A stretch of DNA of 64,000 nucleotides, taken from the NCBI RefSeq assembly GCF_044324875.1, contig NZ_CP172185.1. The stretch is one strand, 5' to 3'. The position numbers and the translations under genes were made by a program. Of the stretch, positions 41,068-52,117 are shown piece after piece. This stretch comes from Escherichia coli (GTDB taxonomy: Bacteria > Pseudomonadota > Gammaproteobacteria > Enterobacterales > Enterobacteriaceae). Numbering within the stretch: the stretch's first letter is position 1; each line of letters starts with the position of its first letter. The notes below the pieces were generated by a model. The model had not been told where the DNA came from. It did not search any database and was given only the letters and a program-made list of their open reading frames with translations.

Positions 41068-42957
41068 ATGGCTGAATTCGAAACCACTTTTGCAGATCTG
41101 GGCCTGAAGGCTCCTATCCTTGAAGCCCTTAACGATCTGGGTTACGAAAAACCATCTCCAATTCAGGCAGAGTGTATTCCACATCTGCTGAATGGCCGCG
41201 ACGTTCTGGGTATGGCCCAGACGGGGAGCGGAAAAACTGCAGCATTCTCTTTACCTCTGCTGCAGAATCTTGATCCTGAGCTGAAAGCACCACAGATTCT
41301 GGTGTTGGCACCGACCCGCGAACTGGCGGTACAGGTTGCTGAGGCAATGACGGATTTCTCTAAACACATGCGCGGCGTAAACGTGGTTGCCCTGTACGGC
41401 GGCCAGCGTTATGACGTGCAATTACGCGCCCTGCGTCAGGGGCCGCAGATCGTTGTCGGTACTCCGGGCCGTCTGCTGGACCACCTGAAACGTGGCACTC
41501 TGGACCTCTCTAAACTGAGCGGTCTGGTTCTGGATGAAGCTGACGAAATGCTGCGCATGGGCTTCATCGAAGACGTTGAAACTATTATGGCGCAGATCCC
41601 GGAAGGTCATCAGACCGCTCTGTTCTCTGCAACCATGCCGGAAGCGATTCGTCGTATTACCCGCCGCTTTATGAAAGAGCCGCAGGAAGTGCGCATTCAG
41701 TCCAGCGTGACTACCCGTCCTGACATCAGCCAGAGCTACTGGACTGTTTGGGGTATGCGTAAAAACGAAGCACTGGTACGTTTCCTGGAAGCGGAAGATT
41801 TTGATGCGGCGATTATCTTCGTTCGTACCAAAAACGCGACTCTGGAAGTGGCAGAAGCTCTTGAGCGTAACGGCTACAATAGCGCCGCGCTGAACGGTGA
41901 CATGAACCAGGCGCTGCGTGAGCAGACACTGGAACGACTGAAAGATGGTCGTCTGGACATCCTGATTGCGACCGACGTTGCGGCCCGTGGCCTGGACGTT
42001 GAGCGTATCAGCCTGGTAGTTAACTACGATATCCCGATGGATTCTGAGTCTTACGTTCACCGTATCGGTCGTACTGGTCGTGCGGGCCGTGCTGGCCGTG
42101 CGCTGCTGTTCGTTGAGAACCGTGAGCGTCGTCTGCTGCGTAACATTGAACGCACCATGAAGCTGACCATTCCGGAAGTTGAACTGCCGAACGCAGAACT
42201 GCTGGGCAAACGTCGTCTGGAAAAATTCGCCGCTAAAGTACAGCAGCAGCTGGAAAGCAGCGATCTGGATCAATACCGTGCACTGCTGAGCAAAATTCAG
42301 CCGACTGCAGAAGGTGAAGAGCTGGATCTCGAAACTCTGGCCGCCGCATTGCTGAAAATGGCACAGGGTGAACGTACTCTGATTGTTCCGCCAGATGCGC
42401 CGATGCGTCCGAAACGTGAATTCCGTGACCGTGATGACCGTGGTCCGCGCGATCGTAACGACCGTGGCCCGCGTGGTGACCGTGAAGATCGTCCGCGTCG
42501 TGAACGTCGTGATGTTGGCGATATGCAGCTGTACCGCATTGAAGTGGGCCGCGATGATGGTGTTGAAGTTCGTCATATCGTTGGCGCGATTGCTAACGAA
42601 GGCGACATCAGCAGCCGTTACATCGGTAACATCAAGCTGTTTGCTTCTCACTCCACCATCGAACTGCCGAAAGGTATGCCGGGTGAAGTACTGCAACACT
42701 TTACGCGCACTCGCATTCTCAACAAGCCGATGAACATGCAGTTACTGGGCGATGCACAGCCGCATACTGGCGGTGAGCGTCGTGGCGGTGGTCGTGGTTT
42801 CAGTGGCGAACGTCGTGAAGGCGGTCGTAACTTCAGCGGTGAACGCCGTGAAGGTGGTCGTGGTGATGGTCGTCGTTTTAGCGGCGAACGTCGTGAAGGC
42901 CGCGCTCCGCGTCGTGATGACTCTACCGGTCGTCGTCGTTTCGGTGGTGATGCGTAA
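41068..42957 (+). CDS. deaD: Cold-shock DEAD-box RNA helicase DeaD/CsdA
   Basis: ORF 41002..42957; start at Met of [21 protein letters not shown]... (629 aa); motifs AQTGSGKT and DEAD, RG-rich repeated C-terminus. Confidence 0.94.
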
Positions 42958-42999
42958 TCATCGCTGAACAGCGAACACAATCTGTAAAATAATATATAC

Positions 43000-43031
43000 A
43001 GCCCCGATTTTTACCATCGGGGCTTTTTTTC
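43000..43031 (+). terminator. Intrinsic terminator after deaD
   Basis: ccccgat-ttttacc-atcgggg hairpin followed by cttttttt. Confidence 0.8.
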
Positions 43032-43110
43032 TGTCTTTTGTACTCGTGTACTGGTACAGTGCAATGCATAACAACGCAGTCGCACTATTTTTCACTGGAG
43101 AGAAGCCCTC

Positions 43111-44355
43111 ATGGCAACACTAACCACCACCCAAACGTCACCGTCGCTGCTTGGCGGCGTGGTGATTATCGGCGGCACCATTATTGGCGCAGGGATGTTT
43201 TCTCTGCCTGTGGTCATGTCCGGGGCGTGGTTCTTCTGGTCAATGGCGGCGCTGATCTTTACCTGGTTCTGTATGCTGCATTCCGGCTTGATGATTCTGG
43301 AAGCTAACCTGAATTACCGAATCGGTTCGAGTTTTGACACCATCACCAAAGATTTGCTGGGCAAAGGTTGGAACGTAGTCAACGGCATTTCCATTGCCTT
43401 TGTGCTCTATATCCTGACTTACGCCTATATTTCTGCCAGCGGTTCGATTCTGCATCACACCTTCGCGGAGATGTCGCTGAACGTCCCTGCACGGGCAGCT
43501 GGATTTGGTTTTGCACTACTGGTGGCGTTTGTGGTGTGGTTGAGCACCAAAGCGGTCAGCCGGATGACGGCGATTGTGCTGGGGGCGAAAGTCATTACGT
43601 TTTTCCTCACCTTCGGTAGCCTGCTGGGACATGTGCAGCCTGCGACATTGTTCAACGTCGCCGAAAGCAATGCGTCTTATGCACCGTATCTGCTGATGAC
43701 GCTGCCATTCTGTCTGGCATCGTTTGGTTATCACGGTAACGTGCCGAGCCTGATGAAGTATTACGGCAAAGATCCGAAAACCATCGTGAAATGCCTGGTG
43801 TACGGTACGCTGATGGCGCTGGCGCTGTATACCATCTGGTTGCTGGCGACGATGGGCAACATCCCTCGTCCGGAGTTTATCGGCATCGCCGAGAAGGGCG
43901 GTAATATTGATGTGCTGGTACAGGCGTTAAGCGGCGTGCTGAACAGCCGTAGCCTGGATCTTCTGCTGGTTGTGTTCTCAAACTTTGCGGTAGCGAGTTC
44001 GTTCCTTGGCGTAACGCTGGGTTTGTTTGACTATCTGGCAGATCTGTTTGGTTTCGATGACTCGGCTATGGGCCGCTTGAAAACAGCATTGTTGACCTTT
44101 GCACCGCCTGTTGTGGGTGGTTTGCTGTTCCCGAACGGATTCCTGTACGCCATTGGTTATGCTGGCTTAGCGGCTACCATCTGGGCGGCAATCGTTCCGG
44201 CGCTGCTGGCCCGCGCATCGCGTAAACGCTTTGGTAGCCCGAAATTCCGCGTCTGGGGCGGCAAGCCGATGATTGCGCTGATTCTGGTGTTTGGCGTCGG
44301 TAACGCACTGGTGCATATTTTATCGAGCTTTAATTTGCTGCCGGTGTATCAGTAA
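43111..44355 (+). CDS. mtr: Tryptophan-specific permease
   Basis: 414-aa polytopic [55 protein letters not shown]... Confidence 0.95.
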   Translation: MATLTTTQTSPSLLGGVVIIGGTIIGAGMFSLPVVMSGAWFFWSMAALIFTWFCMLHSGLMILEANLNYRIGSSFDTITKDLLGKGWNVVNGISIAFVLYILTYAYISASGSILHHTFAEMSLNVPARAAGFGFALLVAFVVWLSTKAVSRMTAIVLGAKVITFFLTFGSLLGHVQPATLFNVAESNASYAPYLLMTLPFCLASFGYHGNVPSLMKYYGKDPKTIVKCLVYGTLMALALYTIWLLATMGNIPRPEFIGIAEKGGNIDVLVQALSGVLNSRSLDLLLVVFSNFAVASSFLGVTLGLFDYLADLFGFDDSAMGRLKTALLTFAPPVVGGLLFPNGFLYAIGYAGLAATIWAAIVPALLARASRKRFGSPKFRVWGGKPMIALILVFGVGNALVHILSSFNLLPVYQ

Positions 44356-44363
44356 TTGAACGA

Positions 44364-44388
44364 GCCGGATGAGCAGTTTTCATCCGGC
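44364..44388. terminator. Perfect 9-bp-stem hairpin between convergent mtr and the 176-aa ORF; candidate terminator
   Basis: gccggatga-gcagttt-tcatccggc; no strong T-tract on either side, so function is uncertain. Confidence 0.45.
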
Positions 44389-44415
44389 AATAATTCACAA
44401 GTACACGAGATGGTA

Positions 44416-44946
44416 TCAAATAAACCCCTGTTTATTATAAAGTTCTTCAGCGAGAGCTTCCCCGTGCTCATCGAAAAAAGCATCGGCGATAGTTAAATTT
44501 TCTGCCTTAGGATTTGCCGTTATTTTGCTACCATTGGCATCAAATTCGAGCGCGATAGCGGTCTCCGAACCCCACCAGTAATAATAAATTAGCGCAAAAT
44601 TATTTTCCCCTGGCGTAATAAACTTCTCGATTCCCCGCACACAGGCCATGAGTGGCATGAAGATTTCATAGCTCTCTGAGAGAAATATGTGATCCATCGT
44701 GACTATCTGTGTTTCTTTATTAAAGTTGATATGTTCGGCATAAATATTCTTTTCACTTTCACCAGAATTACAAGCTGCAAGATTGTTAAGCATTTTTGCA
44801 GGATCGCCGTACAACCGCTGCTTCTCGATAAACCATGGCAACCAGTCGTCATGGTCTTTGATATTTGTTGCTGGTGAATGGAAAAACTTCTCGAGGTTAC
44901 TCTCGGTAATATGTGCATGAAGAAAAAAGGAAGCCGGTTCACTCAT
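44416..44946 (-). CDS. Hypothetical 176-aa protein, no recognisable family; no N-terminal hydrophobic segment, so probably cytoplasmic; in the insertion relative to K-12
   Basis: Only long ORF across this AT-rich stretch (MSEPASFFLHAHITESNLEKFF...ALEFDANGSKITANPKAEN...KQGFI); weak GAGA-type SD upstream; coding status not independently supported. Confidence 0.55.
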   Translation of the reverse strand: MSEPASFFLHAHITESNLEKFFHSPATNIKDHDDWLPWFIEKQRLYGDPAKMLNNLAACNSGESEKNIYAEHINFNKETQIVTMDHIFLSESYEIFMPLMACVRGIEKFITPGENNFALIYYYWWGSETAIALEFDANGSKITANPKAENLTIADAFFDEHGEALAEELYNKQGFI

Positions 44947-45103
44947 AATGATTTTCTCTGGTAATAAGTCGATTTGTTCATTTCTCTGTTTGGCGATGAT
45001 AAAACGATGACTATTTTATAAAAGTACAGAACTGGACCTTTCATCTATTTCATATCATAAGAAAATATATACTTGAACTGGCTCAGAATAAGCGGAATAC
45101 GAA

Positions 45104-45823
45104 ATGGGGCGTAAAGGACTACTTGCTATTGTATTGTTGAGCCTGTTTATCGCCATGATTTTTCAATTTTTCTGGCCTGCCCCACACGATGAACACGTTT
45201 TCCTGCCAGTTGAAAAACCTGTCGCACCGTCTTTAAAAATCATTCATCCTGGTGACCAGTTATTTATCCGCATTCTGAAAGCGGAAGATAAGCTGGAACT
45301 GTGGGCAAGCACCAACAACAAGCCTTACGAACTCTATAAAACCTGGACTATATGCGCGTGGTCTGGTGGCTTAGGGCCAAAACACAAACAGGGGGATGGT
45401 AAAAGCCCGGAAGGTTTTTATGCCACCAACAAAGAGTTGCTTAACCCAAACAGCCGCTATCATCTGGCATTTAATATTGGTTACCCGAATGCTTACGATC
45501 GGGCAAACGGCTACACCGGTGATTTCATTATGGTTCACGGAAACTGCGTTTCGGCGGGCTGCTATGCCATGACCGATGCTGGTATTGAAGAGATTTATCA
45601 ACTGGTGGCGCAGGCGCTGAATAGCGGGCAGAAGAGCGTGCCGGTGCATATCTTCCCGTTTGCGATGGACGAAGAAAATATGCGCCAGGCGCAGGTATGG
45701 CCGGAATATAATTTCTGGCGTATGTTGAAGCCCGGCTATGATTACTTTGAAAAAAATCGCCGATTGCCAACCATCACCGTTGAAAACCGGCGTTATAAAA
45801 TCAGCCCAACAACTCTTCCTTAA
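45104..45823 (+). CDS. YkuD-fold L,D-transpeptidase-like protein, YafK/DpaA paralogue, with N-terminal signal peptide or membrane anchor
   Basis: 239-aa ORF with hydrophobic N-terminus ([19 protein letters not shown]); conserved blocks [55 protein letters not shown] and LKPGYDYFE match the E. coli YafK sequence as I recall it, including the catalytic-Cys HG..S.GC motif. Confidence 0.8.
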   Translation: MGRKGLLAIVLLSLFIAMIFQFFWPAPHDEHVFLPVEKPVAPSLKIIHPGDQLFIRILKAEDKLELWASTNNKPYELYKTWTICAWSGGLGPKHKQGDGKSPEGFYATNKELLNPNSRYHLAFNIGYPNAYDRANGYTGDFIMVHGNCVSAGCYAMTDAGIEEIYQLVAQALNSGQKSVPVHIFPFAMDEENMRQAQVWPEYNFWRMLKPGYDYFEKNRRLPTITVENRRYKISPTTLP

Positions 45824-46808
45824 CATCCATCGCCAGTTCAAACGAATGCAGGCGCGCCTGGTGATCGAAAATCTGCCCGTTAACCATAATCTCATCGGCG
45901 TCGGTTTCGCGCAGGATCGACTGCAAGCCGTGACGCACTTTCGCTTTATCACCCACCAGCGACATACTCAGCGCCTGCTGCACGCCATACTGCTCGGACG
46001 GTGACCAGAACTGATCCATATTTTGAATCGGCGGCGGCAGTTGCCCGGTTTCGCCACGGCGCAGCTTCACAAAGGCTTGCTGCATTGAGGTAAACAGAAA
46101 TTCAGCGTCGCGGTTGCTGTCGGCGGCGATAATATTGATGCACACCATCGCATACGGTTTTTCCAGCCGTGCCGACGGTTTGAAGTTGCTGCGATAAAGA
46201 TGCAGCGCCTGGAACAACATATCCGGCGCGAAGTGTGAGGCAAACGCAAACGGCAGACCAAGCTGCGCCGCCAATTGCGCGCTGTAAAGGCTGGAGCCTA
46301 ACAACCACACGGGGATTTTCTCGCCATAGCCTGGTACCGGGCGCACATGCGGATTGGGATCGCGGGCGTCAAACCAGTCCACCAGCTCCGCGACATCGCG
46401 GGGAAAATTATCAATATCGCCGCTCATATGACGACGTAGAGCCATCATGGTTCGCTGGTCACTACCCGGAGCACGACCCAGCCCCAAATCGATTCGCCCC
46501 GGATAGAGCGTATTAAGCGTGCCGAACTGTTCGGCGATCACCAATGGTGAGTGATTAGGCAACATCACGCCGCCAGACCCCAGATGCAGCGTAGTGGTAT
46601 TCGCCGCCAGATAGCCAATCAAAACTGATGTTGCAGCACTGGCAATGCCGGTCATATTGTGGTGTTCCGCCAGCCAGTAGCGATGATAGCCGCGCTTTTC
46701 AGCCAGACGGGCGAGGTCGAGAGAGTGGGAGAACGCTTCTCGCGCTGAAGAACCTTCGGGAATGGGGGCCAGATCGAGTAGCGAAAACGCAATGGTTTTA
46801 TCAGTCAT
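45801..46808 (-). CDS. yhbW: Luciferase-like (LLM-class) flavin monooxygenase
   Basis: 335-aa [54 protein letters not shown]... Confidence 0.92.
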   Translation of the reverse strand: MTDKTIAFSLLDLAPIPEGSSAREAFSHSLDLARLAEKRGYHRYWLAEHHNMTGIASAATSVLIGYLAANTTTLHLGSGGVMLPNHSPLVIAEQFGTLNTLYPGRIDLGLGRAPGSDQRTMMALRRHMSGDIDNFPRDVAELVDWFDARDPNPHVRPVPGYGEKIPVWLLGSSLYSAQLAAQLGLPFAFASHFAPDMLFQALHLYRSNFKPSARLEKPYAMVCINIIAADSNRDAEFLFTSMQQAFVKLRRGETGQLPPPIQNMDQFWSPSEQYGVQQALSMSLVGDKAKVRHGLQSILRETDADEIMVNGQIFDHQARLHSFELAMDVKEELLG

Positions 46809-46811
46809 AAC

Positions 46812-46882
46812 AGCTCACTTTGTTACCGATTAATCTTTAATACTGCATTAAAGAGTAGTTAAAGTTGTTAACAAAGTGAGCT
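46812..46882. promoter_or_regulatory. 14-bp perfect inverted repeat with 43-bp spacer, adjacent to the yhbW start
   Basis: agctcactttgtta (46812-46825) and taacaaagtgagct (46869-46882); the first half overlaps the presumed yhbW SD (gtgagc), 4 nt from the ATG. Confidence 0.5.
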
Positions 46883-46888
46883 ATTTAC

Positions 46889-47767
46889 TTACGCTTGCAG
46901 CTCCAGCCCGGCCAGCCGACGCCAGTAGCCGTTACAATCGCTGTTTGCCGTCAACGGCAGTGGCGCAGCGCCATTTTCATTGGCGCGGAAGGCGTCGAGT
47001 ATCGCGAAAGTGTCAGTACCCTGCGGTGACAGGCGGACCACATCAACCAGCCCCTGCATGGATGCCAGCTCGTTACCGAGGTTGTAAACGTAGCCGCTCA
47101 TGGTCTGAATGCCGTTGAGTACAAACACTTGTTGGTTTTCCTGCGACAGCACGTTGCGCCCGTTCGGATACTTAATGCAGCAGGTTTCGCACTCATCTTT
47201 CGGGCGGTCTTCCGAACGCGCGGTAAAGCAGCGGGCGGAGTAGGCCAGCGGCAGATGACCGTAGCTCAGGACTTCCACTTCAAACTGGTTGCGAATGCCC
47301 AGCTCATCGCACTGATTAAGCAGATTCACCAGCCAGTCGCGGGAAAGCTCCACCGGCATACACCAGCGCATCATGCCCTGTTTGAGCAATATTTTCAGTG
47401 TCACCGCGTTGTAGCAGTTCAGCGCGTGCCCGGCGACGAACGGCAGTTTGCGTTCAGCGCACATATTCACCACGCCGAGATCGCTGGCTTCAATCAGAAA
47501 CTCACCGTTCTCAACATAGCGTTTCAGTTCGCCCAGTTCAGAGGATGCCTGCACCAGCGCCAGCGTGGAGAGCACAATCTGCTTACCACTTCCGGCGAGT
47601 GATTTTGCCATCTCCAGCCAGTCGCCAACTTTGGTTGCCCGGCGCTTGCTGCATACCGCTTCACCAAGATAAATCACGTCGGCGCTGCTGGCGGCGGCCT
47701 GCTGATAAAATTCTTCCAGCGTCTCTTTTGGCCAGTACCACAGCACTGGCCCTAAGGAATATTTCAT
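46889..47767 (-). CDS. ubiV: U32-family protein of O2-independent ubiquinone biosynthesis, UbiV
   Basis: ORF 46889..47785; start at internal Met MKYSLGPVLWYWPKE... (292 aa). Confidence 0.88.
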   Translation of the reverse strand: MKYSLGPVLWYWPKETLEEFYQQAAASSADVIYLGEAVCSKRRATKVGDWLEMAKSLAGSGKQIVLSTLALVQASSELGELKRYVENGEFLIEASDLGVVNMCAERKLPFVAGHALNCYNAVTLKILLKQGMMRWCMPVELSRDWLVNLLNQCDELGIRNQFEVEVLSYGHLPLAYSARCFTARSEDRPKDECETCCIKYPNGRNVLSQENQQVFVLNGIQTMSGYVYNLGNELASMQGLVDVVRLSPQGTDTFAILDAFRANENGAAPLPLTANSDCNGYWRRLAGLELQA

Positions 47768-47775
47768 TGCTTTTC

Positions 47776-48771
47776 TCACTGCCATTTACGGTGATACGCG
47801 CCAAGGGTGGTCTGCGTGCCTTCGGACATCGACCCGAGCGTCTCCATCCACGCGCTTTGCGGTACGAAGTTTTGCGGATCGGCCTTACAACGGTCGATAG
47901 CCTGACGCCAGACTTTCGCCACCTGGCTGACATACGCCGGGCTACGCTGGCGGCCTTCAATTTTCACCGAAGCAATATTCGCCGCCATTAACTCCGGCAG
48001 CAGTTCCAGGGTATTGAGACTGGTGGGTTCTTCCAGCGCGTGATAGCGCTCGCCGTCCACCAGATAACGCCCTTTACACAGCGTCGGATAACCTGCGTTT
48101 TCGCCATCCTGATAACGGTCGATCAGCACTTCGTTCAGGCGGGATTCCAGCCCCTGCGGCGTTTGTTGCCAGCGCACGAAACGGGCCGGAGAACACGCAC
48201 CCACAGTGTTGGGCGACTCACCCGTCAGATACGACGACAGATAGCAACGCCCTTCCGACATAATGCACAGGCTGCCGAAAGCAAACACTTCCAGCGGGAC
48301 AGGTGTGACCCGAGCCAGTTGTTTCACCTGATGAATCGACAACACGCGCGGCAGCACCACGCGTGCAACGTCAAAATGGCGATGATAAAAGTTAATCGCC
48401 TCTTCATTGGTCGCCGAAGCCTGCACCGATACGTGACGTTCAATATGCGGGTAACGTTCGGCGGCGTACTCCAGCATGGCGAGGTCGGCGAGGATCAGCG
48501 CGTCGGCACCCAGCTGCGCCGCCATATCCACGGCGCGCTGCCAACGGGCGTAACCGTCCGGATGCGCAAAAGTGTTAATCGCGATGTGAAGTTTGCGGCG
48601 ATGTTGATGGACAAAACTCACCGCTTCCTGCAATTTTTTCTCGGTAAAGTTAAGGCCGGCGAAGTGACGGGCATTAGTATCATCTTTTAGCCCGATATAA
48701 ACAGCATCTGCGCCGTTTTCGATGGTCGCCTTAAGCGCCGGGAGATTTCCGGCAGGGCAGAGCAGCTCCAT
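47776..48771 (-). CDS. ubiU: U32-family protein of O2-independent ubiquinone biosynthesis, UbiU
   Basis: ORF 47776..48798; start at internal Met MELLCPAGNLPALKATIENGADAVYIG... (331 aa). Confidence 0.88.
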   Translation of the reverse strand: MELLCPAGNLPALKATIENGADAVYIGLKDDTNARHFAGLNFTEKKLQEAVSFVHQHRRKLHIAINTFAHPDGYARWQRAVDMAAQLGADALILADLAMLEYAAERYPHIERHVSVQASATNEEAINFYHRHFDVARVVLPRVLSIHQVKQLARVTPVPLEVFAFGSLCIMSEGRCYLSSYLTGESPNTVGACSPARFVRWQQTPQGLESRLNEVLIDRYQDGENAGYPTLCKGRYLVDGERYHALEEPTSLNTLELLPELMAANIASVKIEGRQRSPAYVSQVAKVWRQAIDRCKADPQNFVPQSAWMETLGSMSEGTQTTLGAYHRKWQ

Positions 48772-48979
48772 AATTTTTCCTGAAGGTTGCGCTATCAAAG
48801 CGCAAAAATGTTAACGAACTGGGATTTTAGTTAACCTTGCTGCGACAATTTTTGATTTAAGGCAGTTAAAGTTGTATTGGTGGTAGCAGCAATTTCATAT
48901 GGAATTGTTGATTTATACCGCTATGTTATTTTTCTGATATGGCAAAATAGGATGATTGTTGAAACAGGGAGTAAAACTC

Positions 48980-49504
48980 GTGTTGGATAAACTGCGTTCC
49001 CGTATTGTGCATTTGGGGCCATCTCTGTTGAGTGTACCGGTAAAACTGACGCCATTTGCGCTAAAACGCCAGGTTCTTGAGCAGGTCCTAAGCTGGCAAT
49101 TCCGTCAGGCGCTGAATGATGGCGAGCTGGAGTTTCTTGAAGGCCGCTGGTTAAGTATTCATGTGCGTGATATTGACCTGCAATGGTTTACCTCGGTGGT
49201 GAATGGCAAACTGGTCGTTAGCCAGAACGCGCAAGCTGATGTGAGTTTTAGTGCCGACGCCAGCGATCTGCTGATGATTGCGGCGCGTAAACAAGATCCG
49301 GATACGCTCTTCTTCCAGCGTCGGCTGGTAATTGAAGGCGATACGGAGCTGGGGCTGTATGTGAAAAACCTGATGGACGCCATTGAACTGGAGCAAATGC
49401 CGAAAGCCTTACGCATGATGCTGCTGCAACTGGCGGATTTTGTTGAGGCGGGAATGAAAACCGCGCCTGAAACCAAACAGACATCGGTAGGTGAACCATG
49501 CTAA
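48980..49504 (+). CDS. ubiT: SCP2-domain lipid-binding protein UbiT
   Basis: ORF 48956..49504 (TTG); start set at GTG 48980 to give MLDKLRSRIVHLGPS... (174 aa). Confidence 0.85.
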   Translation: MLDKLRSRIVHLGPSLLSVPVKLTPFALKRQVLEQVLSWQFRQALNDGELEFLEGRWLSIHVRDIDLQWFTSVVNGKLVVSQNAQADVSFSADASDLLMIAARKQDPDTLFFQRRLVIEGDTELGLYVKNLMDAIELEQMPKALRMMLLQLADFVEAGMKTAPETKQTSVGEPC

Positions 49505-50001
49505 TTCGAGTAGAAATTCCCATTGATGCGCCGGGTATTGATGCCCTGCTGCGTCGTTCATTCGAAAGTGATGCGGAAGCGAAGCTGGTTCACGATCTGC
49601 GTGAAGATGGCTTTCTGACGTTGGGGCTGGTGGCGACAGATGACGAAGGTCAGGTCATTGGCTATGTGGCATTTAGTCCGGTTGATGTGCAGGGCGAAGA
49701 CCTGCAATGGGTCGGCATGGCACCGTTGGCGGTTGATGAAAAATACCGTGGACAGGGGCTGGCACGCCAACTGGTCTATGAAGGACTCGATTCGCTTAAT
49801 GAGTTCGGCTATGCCGCAGTGGTGACGCTGGGCGATCCGGCGCTGTACAGTCGTTTCGGCTTTGAGCTGGCGGCGCATCACGATCTGCGTTGCCGCTGGC
49901 CGGGCACTGAAAGCGCCTTCCAGGTACATCGTTTAGCGGATGACGCGCTGAACGGCGTAACCGGTCTGGTTGAGTATCACGAGCATTTCAATCGCTTTTA
50001 A
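49498..50001 (+). CDS. yhbS: GNAT-family N-acetyltransferase
   Basis: 167-aa ORF; ATG overlaps the ubiT stop (ATGCTAA). Confidence 0.9.
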
Positions 50002-50290
50002 TCTCCGGGGTTTGCAGGCTGCTCAACAGCTCTGCAAACCCTGCGCCTTCCGCTACCAGACGCTCTTTTTGCCGTTTGGTCAGTTGCTTAACGCGATATT
50101 CCGCCCGTAGTGCCAGCGAACGATCGCCCACTGGCGCGGAAAACGCCAGCGTTAGTTCTCCTTTCCCGCGCAGTGCTTTCGCCCCTTTGCCGCTTTGGTG
50201 CTGCTGATAGCGGCGTTCGACATCTGTGGTGATCCCGGTATAAAGCTTATTGTCGGCGGTACGGATCAAGTAAAGAAACCAGGGTGTCAT
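49988..50290 (-). CDS. yhbQ: GIY-YIG domain protein
   Basis: 100-aa [37 protein letters not shown]...; 3' end overlaps the yhbS 3' end by 14 nt. Confidence 0.9.
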
Positions 50291-50340
50291 CGTCTGCGTC
50301 GCATGTTAAGGTCAGGCCCACAGTATAAAAGAGAACAGCA

Positions 50341-50763
50341 ATGGAAACACTCACCGCCATCAGCCGTTGGCTGGCAAAACAACATGTTGTCACCTGGTGT
50401 GTGCAGCAGGAAGGGGAACTCTGGTGCGCTAATGCCTTTTATCTTTTTGATGCGCAGAAAGTCGCCTTCTACATTTTGACGGAAGAAAAAACGCGCCACG
50501 CGCAGATGAGTGGGCCGCAGGCGGCAGTTGCCGGAACGGTAAACGGTCAGCCGAAAACGGTAGCGTTAATTCGCGGCGTGCAATTTAAAGGCGAGATCCG
50601 CAGGCTTGAAGGTGAGGAAAGCGACCTCGCACGCCACGCGTACAATCGTCGCTTTCCGGTTGCCAGAATGCTGTCGGCCCCGGTGTGGGAAATCCGGCTT
50701 GATGAAATCAAATTCACCGACAACACGCTGGGCTTTGGTAAAAAAATGATCTGGCTACGTAAC

Positions 50764-50784
<21 letters not shown>
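50341..50784 (+). CDS. yhbP: UPF0306-family protein (pyridoxamine-phosphate-oxidase-like fold)
   Basis: 147-aa [37 protein letters not shown]... Confidence 0.9.
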
Positions 50785-51294
<510 letters not shown>

Positions 51295-51295
51295 A

Positions 51296-52045
<750 letters not shown>

Positions 52046-52117
52046 TTATTCCCAAGAATTGATAGTGAGCGTAATATTCACGCGCTCAATTATCATAACT
52101 TATTCCTGGGGAATGCT

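Noticed and set aside
41422-42699. 425-aa ORF antisense to deaD
   Set aside because: Shadow ORF opposite a well-supported helicase gene.
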